Origin: Myxococcales bacterium
Lineage (GTDB): Bacteria; Myxococcota_A; UBA9042
Direction of reading: 5' to 3'
Length of the DNA stretch: 57,329 bases
Assembly: GCA_037441385.1 (NCBI GenBank)
Contig: JBBISH010000028.1
Location: forward strand, 1 to 57,329
The notes below the pieces were generated by a model. The model had not been told where the DNA came from. It worked only from the letters and a program-made list of their open reading frames with translations, and ran no database searches. The translations under genes and the position numbers were made by a program. Numbering within the stretch: position 1 is the stretch's first letter; every line of letters starts with the position of its first letter. Of this stretch, positions 28,455 to 38,193 are shown in pieces.

Positions 28455-29579
28455 GTGTCTGTTCATCGCTTGAAAATTCGGGCTATTGTCGGGTTGGTGG
28501 TGCCGCTCGCGCTGGCCTGCAACAAGCCCGAGCGACCGCTGCCGGCGGGCCCCGGCCTGACCCCCGAGCATGCGGCCGCCAAGGTCGAGCACGTGCCCAA
28601 GGTCAGCGAGGCCCAGCGCACCTCGGCCTTGACCAGCGAACAAAAGCAGATGGTGGTCGCGCGCATCGGCGACAAAGTCATCACCTTGGGCGACATGGAA
28701 GCGCGTCTGGACGGCGAGCCGGCGGTGGTCAAGAGCCAGTTCACCTCGCCGCAAAAGCGCAAGGACTACCTGGCCAAGCTGGTGCAGTTCGAAGTGCTGG
28801 CCGCCGAAGCGCAGCGCCAGGGGTTGGACAAAGACCCCGAGGTGCTCGAAGCCATGCGCCAGGCGATGGTGCGCAAGTTCTTGCAGGACAACGGCAAAGA
28901 AGAGGTGGAGCTGAAGTCGGTCAGCGAGGCCGACATCGCCGCGTATTATCAAGCCAATCCCGGCGTTTTTCATCGACCCGAGCAGGTCGAGGTCAGCCAC
29001 ATCCTGGTCGCCGACAAGGCCATGGCCGAGAAACTCCGCACCGAGATCGACAAAGCCAGCGAGGGCAACTCGGCCAAGCTGGTGTCCACCTGGAACGACT
29101 ACGTGGGCCGCCACTCGCTGGACAAGGCCACGGTGCAGGTCTTGGGCGCGCTCGGCCGCGTCAGTCTAGAGCCGGTGCCCGGCGCCACGGCCGAAGAGAT
29201 CGCGCACCTGCAGTCGATTCCGCGGTCCGTCGTGGAAGCGGCGCTCAAGACCGACACGTTCAGCCTGGGGCCGGTGGTGCAGTCGCCAGCCGGCTGGCAT
29301 GTGCTGCTGGTCACCTCCAAGCTGCCGGCGATCGACAAGTCGCTCGATCAGGCCCGCGAGTCGATCCGCTCGCGCATCGTCAAGCGCCAGCGCGACTTGC
29401 GCCGCGAGCAGCTGCTGGCCGAGATCAAGGCCCGCAACCCCGTGCAAATCAACGACGATGCCCTGAAACTGCTGCCCAGCCCCAAGCCGCCCAGCGGTGG
29501 CACGATCAGCGGAAAGGGCCTGCCTCCGGCCGAGGCCAGTACCGCCACCGCTGCACCCGCCAGCAAGGTTACTCCATGA
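28455..29579 (+). CDS. PpiC/parvulin-type peptidyl-prolyl isomerase lipoprotein
   Basis: LALAC lipobox, VVARIGDKVIT, VSHILV and VQSPAGWHVL; start approximate. Confidence 0.85.
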   Translation: MSVHRLKIRAIVGLVVPLALACNKPERPLPAGPGLTPEHAAAKVEHVPKVSEAQRTSALTSEQKQMVVARIGDKVITLGDMEARLDGEPAVVKSQFTSPQKRKDYLAKLVQFEVLAAEAQRQGLDKDPEVLEAMRQAMVRKFLQDNGKEEVELKSVSEADIAAYYQANPGVFHRPEQVEVSHILVADKAMAEKLRTEIDKASEGNSAKLVSTWNDYVGRHSLDKATVQVLGALGRVSLEPVPGATAEEIAHLQSIPRSVVEAALKTDTFSLGPVVQSPAGWHVLLVTSKLPAIDKSLDQARESIRSRIVKRQRDLRREQLLAEIKARNPVQINDDALKLLPSPKPPSGGTISGKGLPPAEASTATAAPASKVTP

Positions 29580-30601
29580 TTCGTGTACGTTTTGTCTCCC
29601 TGCGCGCCATTGCCGCCGGGCTGCTGTTCGCCAGTGCCGCCACCGCCATTCCGGTTCAGGCGGCGCCGCGGGTGGCGCGGCTGCCCGCGGAATTTGAAGA
29701 GGTCGAGGGCATCGCCGCCATCGTGGGGACAACCCTGATTACGTTTGGCGAATTGCGGCGGGCCATGGGCAGTCAGCAGGCCACCCAAGAGGTGGTGCCG
29801 ACCGACATCGCCCGGCCGCGCTCGCTGGGCGAGCTCCGGCTGCAGGTGCTGCAGAGCCTGATCGACAACGCGCTGGTGCTGCGCGCCGCCTCGGAGCTGG
29901 GCGTGACCGTCGAGGACCGCGACGTCGACCAGCAAATTGCCGAGGTCAAGAAGCGCAACACGTGGGACGACGACGAGCTGGCGACCGCGGTGCGCAAGCT
30001 GGGTTTTGCCACTGTCGTGGCCTACCGCCAGCACGTGCGCCAAGAGCTGACGCGTGTGCGGATGTTGCAGATCAAGCTGGGCAGCCGGCTGCGCGTGGCC
30101 GACGACGAAGTCAAGAAGATGCTGGAGCTGGAACACTGCGGCGGCACGTGCGAAGAAGAAGTGCACGCGCGCCACATCATGGTGGGCGTCCGCGGCGACG
30201 ACACCCCGGCGGCGGTGAACAAGAAGCGCGATAAAGCATGGCAAATTCACGATTTGTTGGTCGACGGCAAGGCGAGCTTCGAGGACCTGGCCGACAAGTT
30301 CAACGACGACCGCGGCGCGCCGGACGGCGACCTGGGCTGGCAGCGGCGCTGGACCATCGAGCCCGGTTTGGCCGCCAAGCTCTGGTCGCTCAAGAAGAAC
30401 GAGTACTCGGCGGTGGTACAGACGCCCTACGGCTTCCACGTCCTGCAACTGCTAGACCGGCGGCGGACCGAGGCCAAGGACAAGGAACTGCTGGAAGAAT
30501 TCGTCCGGCGGCGCCTGCAAGAAGACCAACTGGCGCGCCTGTACAAGGCCTGGATCGAAGAGCTGCGGCGGACAACCCACATCGAGACGCGGGTGCAGTA
30601 G
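29576..30601 (+). CDS. surA: SurA-like chaperone/PPIase
   Basis: IAAIVG..LIT N-domain, VHARHIMV, SFEDLA, GDLGW and TPYGFHVL; ATGA overlap. Confidence 0.85.
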   Translation: MIRVRFVSLRAIAAGLLFASAATAIPVQAAPRVARLPAEFEEVEGIAAIVGTTLITFGELRRAMGSQQATQEVVPTDIARPRSLGELRLQVLQSLIDNALVLRAASELGVTVEDRDVDQQIAEVKKRNTWDDDELATAVRKLGFATVVAYRQHVRQELTRVRMLQIKLGSRLRVADDEVKKMLELEHCGGTCEEEVHARHIMVGVRGDDTPAAVNKKRDKAWQIHDLLVDGKASFEDLADKFNDDRGAPDGDLGWQRRWTIEPGLAAKLWSLKKNEYSAVVQTPYGFHVLQLLDRRRTEAKDKELLEEFVRRRLQEDQLARLYKAWIEELRRTTHIETRVQ

Positions 30602-30640
30602 CCCTGTAGATTTTTGGATTTTGGTAGTCTGGGTTGGCGC

Positions 30641-31792
30641 TCAGAGCGCGGCGTATTCCAGCTTCAGCGACACCGGCGTTGGCGCGTCGACCTTTGGGAA
30701 GTCGGTGCGATTGCTCCACTTGCGGGTCAAACAGCGGGCGATGACCGGCCCGTTGGCATGGTCCACGTTCGTCACCGCCGCCGTGCCATCGGGGCGCAGC
30801 TCGAACTGCACGTTCATCCCGCCCAGCAAGTCGTCGGGCGCCACCGCCAAGTGTCGGTCGTAGCAGCCCTGCAAGTCGTCAAACAGACCCGACTGTTTTA
30901 GCTGGGCCTGCAGCGCCTCGGGCACGGGGCTCAGCCACTGGTCGGCGCGCTGCCGCGACAGCGGGTACTGCTTGGGCAGGTACTTGTTCAGGTCGCGGCG
31001 GCACTCCAGTTTCCACGGCGAGTCCAGGTTGCGGCGCCCCAACTCGGACCAGGCGGCCTCCAGCAAGCGCAGCGCTTGTGCATCAAAGTCGCGCGACTGC
31101 TCGTCGACGATCTGGCGGAACTGCGCTTTGTCTTCCGCCGCCTGGTCGGCCGGCAACGGGATGTCGTGGATGGCCTCGGCCACGTGGGCGAGCAAGCGCG
31201 ACTGCGCGATGGCGGCAGCGATCGTCCACTCGTAGGCGCGGTAGCTCGACACCAGCGCGGTGTAGTCGCCGCAGAGGCCACCTTTGCGATCGGCGATGCC
31301 CCCCGCTTCGGTGGGCACTTCCTCGCCGGCAATTTCGGTCCGCATTTTGCGGATTTGCCCGGCCAGCTGGTCGGCGGCCTTGCCGCCCTTGCCAAAGGCT
31401 GGCTTGGACTGCATGGCGGTCAGGAAACGCGGCTCCAGCAGGTAGAACTGGGCCTCAGCGGCAAACGCAGCCTCGGGACCGCCCGTCTTGGCCAGGCCTG
31501 CCTTGGTAAAGCCGTCCACGATCTTCTTGAACAGCTCGTCGGCCTTCTTGCGCCACTGCGCCTGCAGGTACAGCCGAGCCAGGCGCCCGCGCAGCCCGAT
31601 CAGTTCCGCCGGATCGGCGCCCTTGGTCTTTTCCAGCGCGCGCAAATCGTTTTCGGCCGTGCGGACTTCGTCGCGCAACTCCTGCGTCATCTCAGCGGCT
31701 TGCAGCGCCGACTGCGGCAGGGTGGCCGCCAGTGTCAAGGCCAGCAGCCAGCGCGGCGCCAGCCGGTGCGCGTTGCCAAGGGTCGTAGTCAT
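30641..31792 (-). CDS. secreted helical/TPR-like protein with an AgmX/PglI-like (TonB-C-like) C-terminal domain
   Basis: Signal peptide; helical core ending W...C...L....P.QYP; C-terminal CY...L...P....G...V.F....DG...C......FP pattern. Confidence 0.7.
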   Translation of the reverse strand: MTTTLGNAHRLAPRWLLALTLAATLPQSALQAAEMTQELRDEVRTAENDLRALEKTKGADPAELIGLRGRLARLYLQAQWRKKADELFKKIVDGFTKAGLAKTGGPEAAFAAEAQFYLLEPRFLTAMQSKPAFGKGGKAADQLAGQIRKMRTEIAGEEVPTEAGGIADRKGGLCGDYTALVSSYRAYEWTIAAAIAQSRLLAHVAEAIHDIPLPADQAAEDKAQFRQIVDEQSRDFDAQALRLLEAAWSELGRRNLDSPWKLECRRDLNKYLPKQYPLSRQRADQWLSPVPEALQAQLKQSGLFDDLQGCYDRHLAVAPDDLLGGMNVQFELRPDGTAAVTNVDHANGPVIARCLTRKWSNRTDFPKVDAPTPVSLKLEYAAL

Positions 31793-31910
31793 GCATCCTC
31801 CGTCGCAAGCGAGCGCGGTCACCTGCAAGAACGCGGGGCACCACACAAAGCTTCAACTTGCAACGTTTTCAGCAACTGTCAAGAATTCGGCCAGGACACT
31901 GACATCGCGA

Positions 31911-32480
31911 TCAGCGGACCAGTAGGTGCCCGTAGCCCTGCTCGATGACGGCGAGTTCGCGCTCGAGCAGTTCGAGCAAGAACCGATCCTCTTGGATCAT
32001 CGGCAGAACTTTGGCCGGCGTTTCGATCAGGTATTTGGTCGCCAAGCGCGGTCGCGGCCACTTGGCGCACGAGCGCAGGTTGTCGATGCGATCGGCGGCC
32101 TTGATTTGCCGCACCGGCAGCGGCGACTTGGCCAGCACCGCCCAGTACTGATCGTCGGTCTTCTTGGCCGCTGGGTTGGTCCGCAATTCCTTGGACAAAG
32201 CCCGCACGGCCGCCGACACCTGTTCGCCAAACCGAGTGCTCAGTTCGCGATGGTCCACGTCGCAGTCTTCCAGGACATCGTGCAGCAAGGCGGCGGCCAG
32301 AATCCACGGCTCGCGCAGCGCCGAATCGGGGTGTTCGACCTCTAGGATCTGGCGCACGGCGCGCGGGTGGACGATGTACGGCACCTCGGGCGCGGTGTTG
32401 TCGCCGGTGTTGCGCTTTTGGCCGCGATGGGCCCAGGCGGCAAACTCGTCGACCAGCAGCAAGTCAATCGCCATGCTCAT
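31911..32480 (-). CDS. HD-domain small alarmone hydrolase-like protein (Mesh1/SpoT hydrolase type)
   Basis: AHRGQKR, PYIVHP, ALLHDVLED, FG..V...V and KAADRIDNLR. Confidence 0.88.
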   Translation of the reverse strand: MSMAIDLLLVDEFAAWAHRGQKRNTGDNTAPEVPYIVHPRAVRQILEVEHPDSALREPWILAAALLHDVLEDCDVDHRELSTRFGEQVSAAVRALSKELRTNPAAKKTDDQYWAVLAKSPLPVRQIKAADRIDNLRSCAKWPRPRLATKYLIETPAKVLPMIQEDRFLLELLERELAVIEQGYGHLLVR

Positions 32481-33991
32481 GGTTCGTCCGGCTCCTCTTC
32501 CATGCCCGCGCCGCCGTCGTCGTCTTGGGTGGCTGGGGTCGGCAGGACCGTGGGTGCGGGGCGTTGGGCCGGCGCCAAGCCTTTTTGGGCAGTCTGCTCC
32601 GGCAGTCCGCCCGGGTCCAGCAGTTCTAGCGCAAAGCCGGCCGCCGAGGCCGCCAGCTTGTCGCGCAAGGCCTTGGCCGAGCCCACCACCGTCGCCACCA
32701 AGTTGTCGTGCTGCAGGCGCTCGCGGACCACGCGCTGGATGGTCTTGTAGTCGACCGCTTCGATGCGCTTCTCAAAGGTGTCCACGTCGTCGTCGGCCAG
32801 GCCCAGCTCGGTGGCGCGCAGGCGCTCGGCCAGCTCGCGGTCGGCGGTCTCTAGCCCCAATCGGTGCGCGCCGATCAAGTAGTCCTTGGCAAAGCGCAGC
32901 TCGGCGGGCGAGATGCCATCGCGGCGCAACTCCTCGACAATCTGCACCGCCAGCTCGATCGCGGGCACCGCGTCGCGGGCGTTGGGCGCAAATCCCAGCG
33001 CCCAGGTCGACAGGCCCGGCGCCCCCGCCAGAGTGGACCAGGCCCCATACGACCAGCCGCGCAGTTCGCGGATCTCGCGATTCAAACGCGACGTGAACGG
33101 TCCACCCAGCACCGCGTTGACCAGCAGCAGCGGCAGGGCGTCGCGGTGGTTGGCGGGCACGGTCTGCAGCGCCAGCACCACCTGGGCTTGCGCACGGCGC
33201 GGCTTGTCGAGGAGCAGCAGGCGGCGGCCCGAATCGTCCGCCTTGCTAGCTGGCGGCTTGAACGCGGGCCCGGCTGGGAAGTCGCCGAGCATCTTGCGGA
33301 CCAACGCCTCGGCTTGGGGCCGCTCGATCGCCCCGGCCAGGCCGATGTGCACGTTGCTGGCCGCGATTTGCTTGGTGTGCCACGTGGCCAGGCTGGCCGG
33401 CGTAATGGCCTGCAGGCTCGCCTTGGTCCCGCCACTTGGCCGGCCCAGCGGGGTGCCGCGGTACAGGTAGCGGCCGATGGCGTCGGTGGCGAGCGAGGCG
33501 TCGTCGTCCTGCAAGTGCTCGATATCGGCGAGCATCTCGTCGCGCACGGCCTCGACTTGGGCGGGCTCAAAGGTTGGCTGCAGCAGGACATCGGCCAGGA
33601 GTTCCAGGCACTTCTCCAGGTTTTCTACCGCCACGTCGGCCTGCAGCGTGGTGCCCAGCTTGTCGATGCCCACGCCGGGCTGAACCCCCAGGGCGTCAAA
33701 AGCTGCGGCCAGATCCTGCCGATTGCGGCCGCCCGCGCCCCGCAACGCCGCCGACCAGCCCAGCGCCGTCAGCCCTTCCAGCCCCGGCGGATCGGCCAGA
33801 GCGCCGCCGCCGATCAGCACCCGCACCGAGATCAGCTTGGGCCAAGGACGTGAAACTACAACAAGGTTCGGCACGTTGCCTCGCTTCGGCTTGGCGGCCC
33901 AGCTGGGCGCCGCGACCACGGTCAGAGACGTGGCGACCAGGGCCAGCAGCAGCGCGACCGCCCACGGCCGCACGCGCGCGTTGCGCTTCAT
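32477..33991 (-). CDS. M16 peptidase-family non-catalytic subunit
   Basis: M16 fold motifs (DPPGLEGL, LGGPFTSRLNREIRELRGWSYG) but no HxxEH; signal peptide. Confidence 0.88.
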   Translation of the reverse strand: MKRNARVRPWAVALLLALVATSLTVVAAPSWAAKPKRGNVPNLVVVSRPWPKLISVRVLIGGGALADPPGLEGLTALGWSAALRGAGGRNRQDLAAAFDALGVQPGVGIDKLGTTLQADVAVENLEKCLELLADVLLQPTFEPAQVEAVRDEMLADIEHLQDDDASLATDAIGRYLYRGTPLGRPSGGTKASLQAITPASLATWHTKQIAASNVHIGLAGAIERPQAEALVRKMLGDFPAGPAFKPPASKADDSGRRLLLLDKPRRAQAQVVLALQTVPANHRDALPLLLVNAVLGGPFTSRLNREIRELRGWSYGAWSTLAGAPGLSTWALGFAPNARDAVPAIELAVQIVEELRRDGISPAELRFAKDYLIGAHRLGLETADRELAERLRATELGLADDDVDTFEKRIEAVDYKTIQRVVRERLQHDNLVATVVGSAKALRDKLAASAAGFALELLDPGGLPEQTAQKGLAPAQRPAPTVLPTPATQDDDGGAGMEEEPDEP

Positions 33992-35502
33992 CCGGCGCGA
34001 CCCGCGTGGCCGCGCGACGGGGTGGTGCGGCCTCGTGCCCGACTGGTGCGGACGGGTGGGTCAGCGCGGAGCACGGTGCGCAGGTCGCTTTTGAGCCATT
34101 TGCTCGCTGCGTTCTGCACTTCTGCGGGGGTCGCCTTGTCGATGGCCTGCCACCAGCGCTGGTGCACGCCCAGGTCCAAGCCGTTGGCCCAGGTACGCCC
34201 CAGCACGTCGGCGCGGCCGTCGGCGCTGGCGAGTTCGCGAAGGTGTTGGGTCTTCAAGCGGTTGCGCGCCGCATCCAGCTCGGTCTGGCTCACCGGGTTG
34301 GCGCCCAGCAGGTCGGCGAGCACGGGCAGCAGCAGCGCCTCGGCCTCGGCCGCGGTCTTGCCGGGCCGCAGCGTCGCGTAGATTTCCAGCAGACCGCCCA
34401 GACGCAAGTCGGTCTGACTGGCCGAAATGCTCGAAGCGACGCGGCTTTGCTCGACCATCTGCCGATACAGGCGCGACGAGTCCGAGCCGGCCAGCACCTC
34501 GGCCAGCAGCGCCAGCGCCGGGTGATCGGCGTGGGCCATGGGCACCGTTCGCCAGGCCACCGCCAGCCGACCGCTGCTGGCATCCACCACAAGGCTGGAT
34601 GAATTCGTGGGTTTCTCCGACGCCGGTTTGTCGCTGCGCTTGGGCGCTGGCCGCGCCGCCAGGCCGCCGTACCACTTGGCCGCATCAGTCAGGACCTGCG
34701 CCGGATCAAAGCCACCTGTCACAACTACAGCCGTATTTTCAGGCACATAGCGCGCACGATAGAAGTCAACCACGTCGCCCACCTGCAGCCCGGCCAGGTC
34801 CGCGCTGGTGCCGATGACGGGATGGCCGTAGGCCTCTTTGCCAAAAGCGGCGCTCCACAGCGCCTCGACCACCAGCGCGTCGGGGTCGTCGTCCACCTCT
34901 TCGCGGCGCTCGTTGCGGACCACCTCCAGCTCGCTGCGCACCGCATGGGCGCTCAAGTCGAGGTGAGCCAAGCGATCGGCCTCTAGCTCGAACACCAACG
35001 CCACTTGGCTGGGCGGCACCACCTCGTGGTACATCGTCCAATCGAACCAAGTGGCGGCGTTGGCGCTGGCGCCGTGCTGCTCCAAAGCGCGATCGAACGT
35101 GCCGGCTGGGCGGGTGGCGGTCGATTTGAACATCGCGTGTTCCAGCAGGTGCGCCAGCCCGGTCTTGCCTGCCACCTCGTCGGCCGAGCCGACCTTGACC
35201 CAGGTGTGCACCGCCACAACGGGCGACATAGGATCGGGCGCCAGCAGCAGTTGCAGGCCGTTGGCGAGCCGCCAGCGTTCGACGCCGGCAGGGCCGAACG
35301 GGCTCGCGTCCAGGAACTCGACGCCCGTCACCCCGCGTTCTTTCAAGAGCTTGGCTCGCTCTTGTCCTTGCTGCACGACGGCCATGGTCGGCTCCTCTGC
35401 GGGCGCCCCCGCTGCGCGGATCAGGGCGGCGCACACGAACAAGCCGGCCGCGGGCCAGCGGTACCTTTGCCCACAGCCTGCCGCCGCCGGCGCCCAGGTC
35501 AT
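33988..35502 (-). CDS. M16 zinc peptidase, catalytic subunit
   Basis: GSADE..GKTGLAHLLEHAMFK (HxxEH), NAATWFD.T.Y, E..VV..ERR and Y.P.N; ATGA overlaps on both sides. Confidence 0.92.
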   Translation of the reverse strand: MTWAPAAAGCGQRYRWPAAGLFVCAALIRAAGAPAEEPTMAVVQQGQERAKLLKERGVTGVEFLDASPFGPAGVERWRLANGLQLLLAPDPMSPVVAVHTWVKVGSADEVAGKTGLAHLLEHAMFKSTATRPAGTFDRALEQHGASANAATWFDWTMYHEVVPPSQVALVFELEADRLAHLDLSAHAVRSELEVVRNERREEVDDDPDALVVEALWSAAFGKEAYGHPVIGTSADLAGLQVGDVVDFYRARYVPENTAVVVTGGFDPAQVLTDAAKWYGGLAARPAPKRSDKPASEKPTNSSSLVVDASSGRLAVAWRTVPMAHADHPALALLAEVLAGSDSSRLYRQMVEQSRVASSISASQTDLRLGGLLEIYATLRPGKTAAEAEALLLPVLADLLGANPVSQTELDAARNRLKTQHLRELASADGRADVLGRTWANGLDLGVHQRWWQAIDKATPAEVQNAASKWLKSDLRTVLRADPPVRTSRARGRTTPSRGHAGRAG

Positions 35503-36485
35503 GCCGACACTCCAATGCTGCGCGGGTCGGCCTGCCGCAAGTCCGCCGACTCCATGCCTGCCTTGGCGTATTCGCTCAAGACTTCCAGCTGGGCACGGCC
35601 GATGGGCTCCAGTAGGTGCGGCAGCTCGACGATCGGCATCGCCGCTTGCCGGCGCAACCGCTGCAGCTGGGCCTGCTGGGCTTCCCACCATTGCTCATAA
35701 GTATCAATGGCTTGTAGGGCGTCGTGGGCCACACCTTGGCTGCGCTGCAGGGCTCCGTGCAGATGCCGCTGCTGGCTCTCGCCCAGGATGCGCGGCAGCA
35801 CTTGGTTGACGAAAAGGTAGCCCGTGGGCGTCCCCAGCACTGTGCGTGCTTGCTGGCACAGCTCTAGGGCCTCGCTCACCGGCAATTCCTGGGGCAGCGT
35901 CACCACATGCAGGGCCGTCCGCTGCGGGTCTTCCAGCAGGGCCCGCATGGCCCGCGCATCGTCGGCCATCGGCCCAAACGGCACCGCCTCCAAGATGACT
36001 TGCGGCAGCCGCAGCAGCGACATGCCGTGGCCCGTCGCGGGGGCGTCGATGATCAGCAGGTCCCAAGCGCGCGAGCCGTCGGCGGCCGTGTCCATGGCCT
36101 CCATGTGCCAGGCCTTGCCCAGCATCAGCATCTCGTTCATGCCCGGGATCATCCGCGTCAGACGGCGCATGATGTCGTTCTCGAACACCAGATTGTGCAG
36201 GGCGCGGAAGCGCAGCTTCATCTGGCCGTATTCGCGCAGCGCGTCGGCCGGCGTCAGGTTGGCGGCGTACAGAGGCAGCGCCGGGTCCAAGCGCACCGGC
36301 ACATAGCTGGGATTGGCGGAGCCAAACGATCGCCCGACCCAGTCGCGGGCCGCCAGTTGCACGATGCAGGTGCGCAACCCGTAGCGGGCCGACGCAAGGC
36401 CCAGCGCCATGGCCATGGTCGAACGGCCCACGCCGCCCTTGCCCGACACGATCGCAAATCGGCGTTCGAACAGGCTACTGCGCAA
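35499..36485 (-). CDS. ArsA/Get3-like (SIMIBI) ATPase, single domain
   Basis: SGKGGVGRST, PGMNEMLMLGK, IIDAPATGH, VTLPQELPVSE and VNQV; start uncertain (36485-36641). Confidence 0.85.
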   Translation of the reverse strand: MRSSLFERRFAIVSGKGGVGRSTMAMALGLASARYGLRTCIVQLAARDWVGRSFGSANPSYVPVRLDPALPLYAANLTPADALREYGQMKLRFRALHNLVFENDIMRRLTRMIPGMNEMLMLGKAWHMEAMDTAADGSRAWDLLIIDAPATGHGMSLLRLPQVILEAVPFGPMADDARAMRALLEDPQRTALHVVTLPQELPVSEALELCQQARTVLGTPTGYLFVNQVLPRILGESQQRHLHGALQRSQGVAHDALQAIDTYEQWWEAQQAQLQRLRRQAAMPIVELPHLLEPIGRAQLEVLSEYAKAGMESADLRQADPRSIGVSA

Positions 36486-36606
36486 CGGAACTCTCGCACC
36501 GCGCCCGCGCGGCAGCACTACATCGTCGGGCAGAGCCGCGTGAATGTCCAGATGCGCGCGCGCGTTGAAGCCTTTGGCGGGCGCCACGCCGCGCCGGAGC
36601 AGGTCC

Positions 36607-38058
36607 ATGATATCGTTGAAAAGACTTGCTTTTGTTGCCACGGTCGCCGCCGCTTCGCTTGCCTTGCTGGCCGCGAATTGGCCGTCCTTTGCTGGGGCTG
36701 CGCCACCCGCGCCTTCCCCAGAATTGCCTTGGCGGCCCAGCGACTCCTACGCTCAGCACCCGCTGGTCGCGGCGGCGCGGCAGGGGCCGGGTCTGCCCGC
36801 GGCGGTGTGCGACGCCCTGTTTGCCGAGCGACTGTCGGCCGACCGCGCCCTGGCCGCAGTGGACGCCCCGTCGGCCGATGGCCTGAAAGCGCACGACGCC
36901 GCAAAGGTTTTGCTGGCCGCCCTGGCCAAGCAGGCTGGCACGGCGCAAGGCCCGGTCGACCTGCCCGAGCAACTGGCCGTGGCGGCCCTGACGCCCAAGC
37001 AGGCGCTGCTTTTGGGCTGGTTGCGTTTGCGTTTGGACGCCGCTCGTCCCGAAGTGTTGGCACGGCGCAGCGATCAAGTCGGCGATGCCGGCGCGCTGCA
37101 ACTGCTGGAGCAGGCCGCGACCCAAGAGCCGGGCTGGCAAGTGGCCAACGTCGCCCTGCAGGTGGCCCGCTGGGTGGGCAATCCGCAACAACGCAACTGC
37201 GGACAACTCAAGAAGATCGCTGCCTCTGCCCGCGAGCCTGGGCAGTTGCCGCTGGCGCTCGCCGCCGCGCAAGCCGCCATCGATCTGGCGCTTCGCTTGG
37301 ACAAGGCCACGCCGCTGTGCCCGCCAGAGGTGCGCGAAGACTGGGCGCGGCCTCTGCAATTGCCGCCGCCGGCGCCCGAGGACTATCGCCCGCCGGGGGT
37401 GCGCCCGCCGCCGCCGACTACGCCGCGCGGCCACCCCGAGCTGGACGCGCTGCTGCTCGCGGCGCCCGTGTTCCGCGGTTGGCTGGCGCAGCCGCTGGTC
37501 AAGGCGATGGTGCTGCGGACACCGCTGCTGCCCGCGCCCCTGGCGGCGAGCCTGGACGCCGATCCCACCGGCGACACGGCCCTGGCTGCGGTCAATGCCT
37601 CGCTGTACAACGATCGGACGCCGATTTCGGACCACGTGGTGGTGGCGTGGGAGGCGCTGTTGCTGCGGCGCGGGCTGGCCGATGCCGATCGCGACCAGCA
37701 GGATCGGATCGCCGTCCGCGACCTTGCGCCCATCGAGGCGGCGTTGTTGGGCTACACGCGGGCTTTGGCGGGGCCGATCAGCGGTTCGGCCGATCCTGGG
37801 CAACCCGCGCGCCTGGCGCCGGCCGAGGCTCTATTCGAGCGCGCCCGCGGCGGGCTGCCCGTGCAGGCGCAATTGGGTCCGCTGTGGGCCCTGGCGCTGC
37901 CGATCGAGCCGCTGCGCACGCGCGATGCCTGCGGGGCTGCCCGGCGGGCCGAGGCGTTGCGGGTGGTGGTGCAAAAGTCCGCGTTGCCGGTCGAAGCCCA
38001 GCAAGCCATGATTTCGGCTCTGCAAGTCGTTGAGCGCGCCTGTTCTGCGCCGCCGTAG
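36607..38058 (+). CDS. secreted helical hypothetical protein
   Basis: Signal peptide MISLKRLAFVATV...; long Ala/Leu-rich ORF. Confidence 0.65.
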   Translation: MISLKRLAFVATVAAASLALLAANWPSFAGAAPPAPSPELPWRPSDSYAQHPLVAAARQGPGLPAAVCDALFAERLSADRALAAVDAPSADGLKAHDAAKVLLAALAKQAGTAQGPVDLPEQLAVAALTPKQALLLGWLRLRLDAARPEVLARRSDQVGDAGALQLLEQAATQEPGWQVANVALQVARWVGNPQQRNCGQLKKIAASAREPGQLPLALAAAQAAIDLALRLDKATPLCPPEVREDWARPLQLPPPAPEDYRPPGVRPPPPTTPRGHPELDALLLAAPVFRGWLAQPLVKAMVLRTPLLPAPLAASLDADPTGDTALAAVNASLYNDRTPISDHVVVAWEALLLRRGLADADRDQQDRIAVRDLAPIEAALLGYTRALAGPISGSADPGQPARLAPAEALFERARGGLPVQAQLGPLWALALPIEPLRTRDACGAARRAEALRVVVQKSALPVEAQQAMISALQVVERACSAPP

Positions 38059-38193
38059 CTGCCGCTGTGGCTTGGTGACAGTCCTGCAACGTTCGCCGCG
38101 CCGCAGCGGACGGTCCGCCGTGGGCGCTTCCCGACCCGGCCTGCTCGTCCTATCCTACTGGCCCCAAGGGCACCGCGCCCTCCAGAGGAACCG

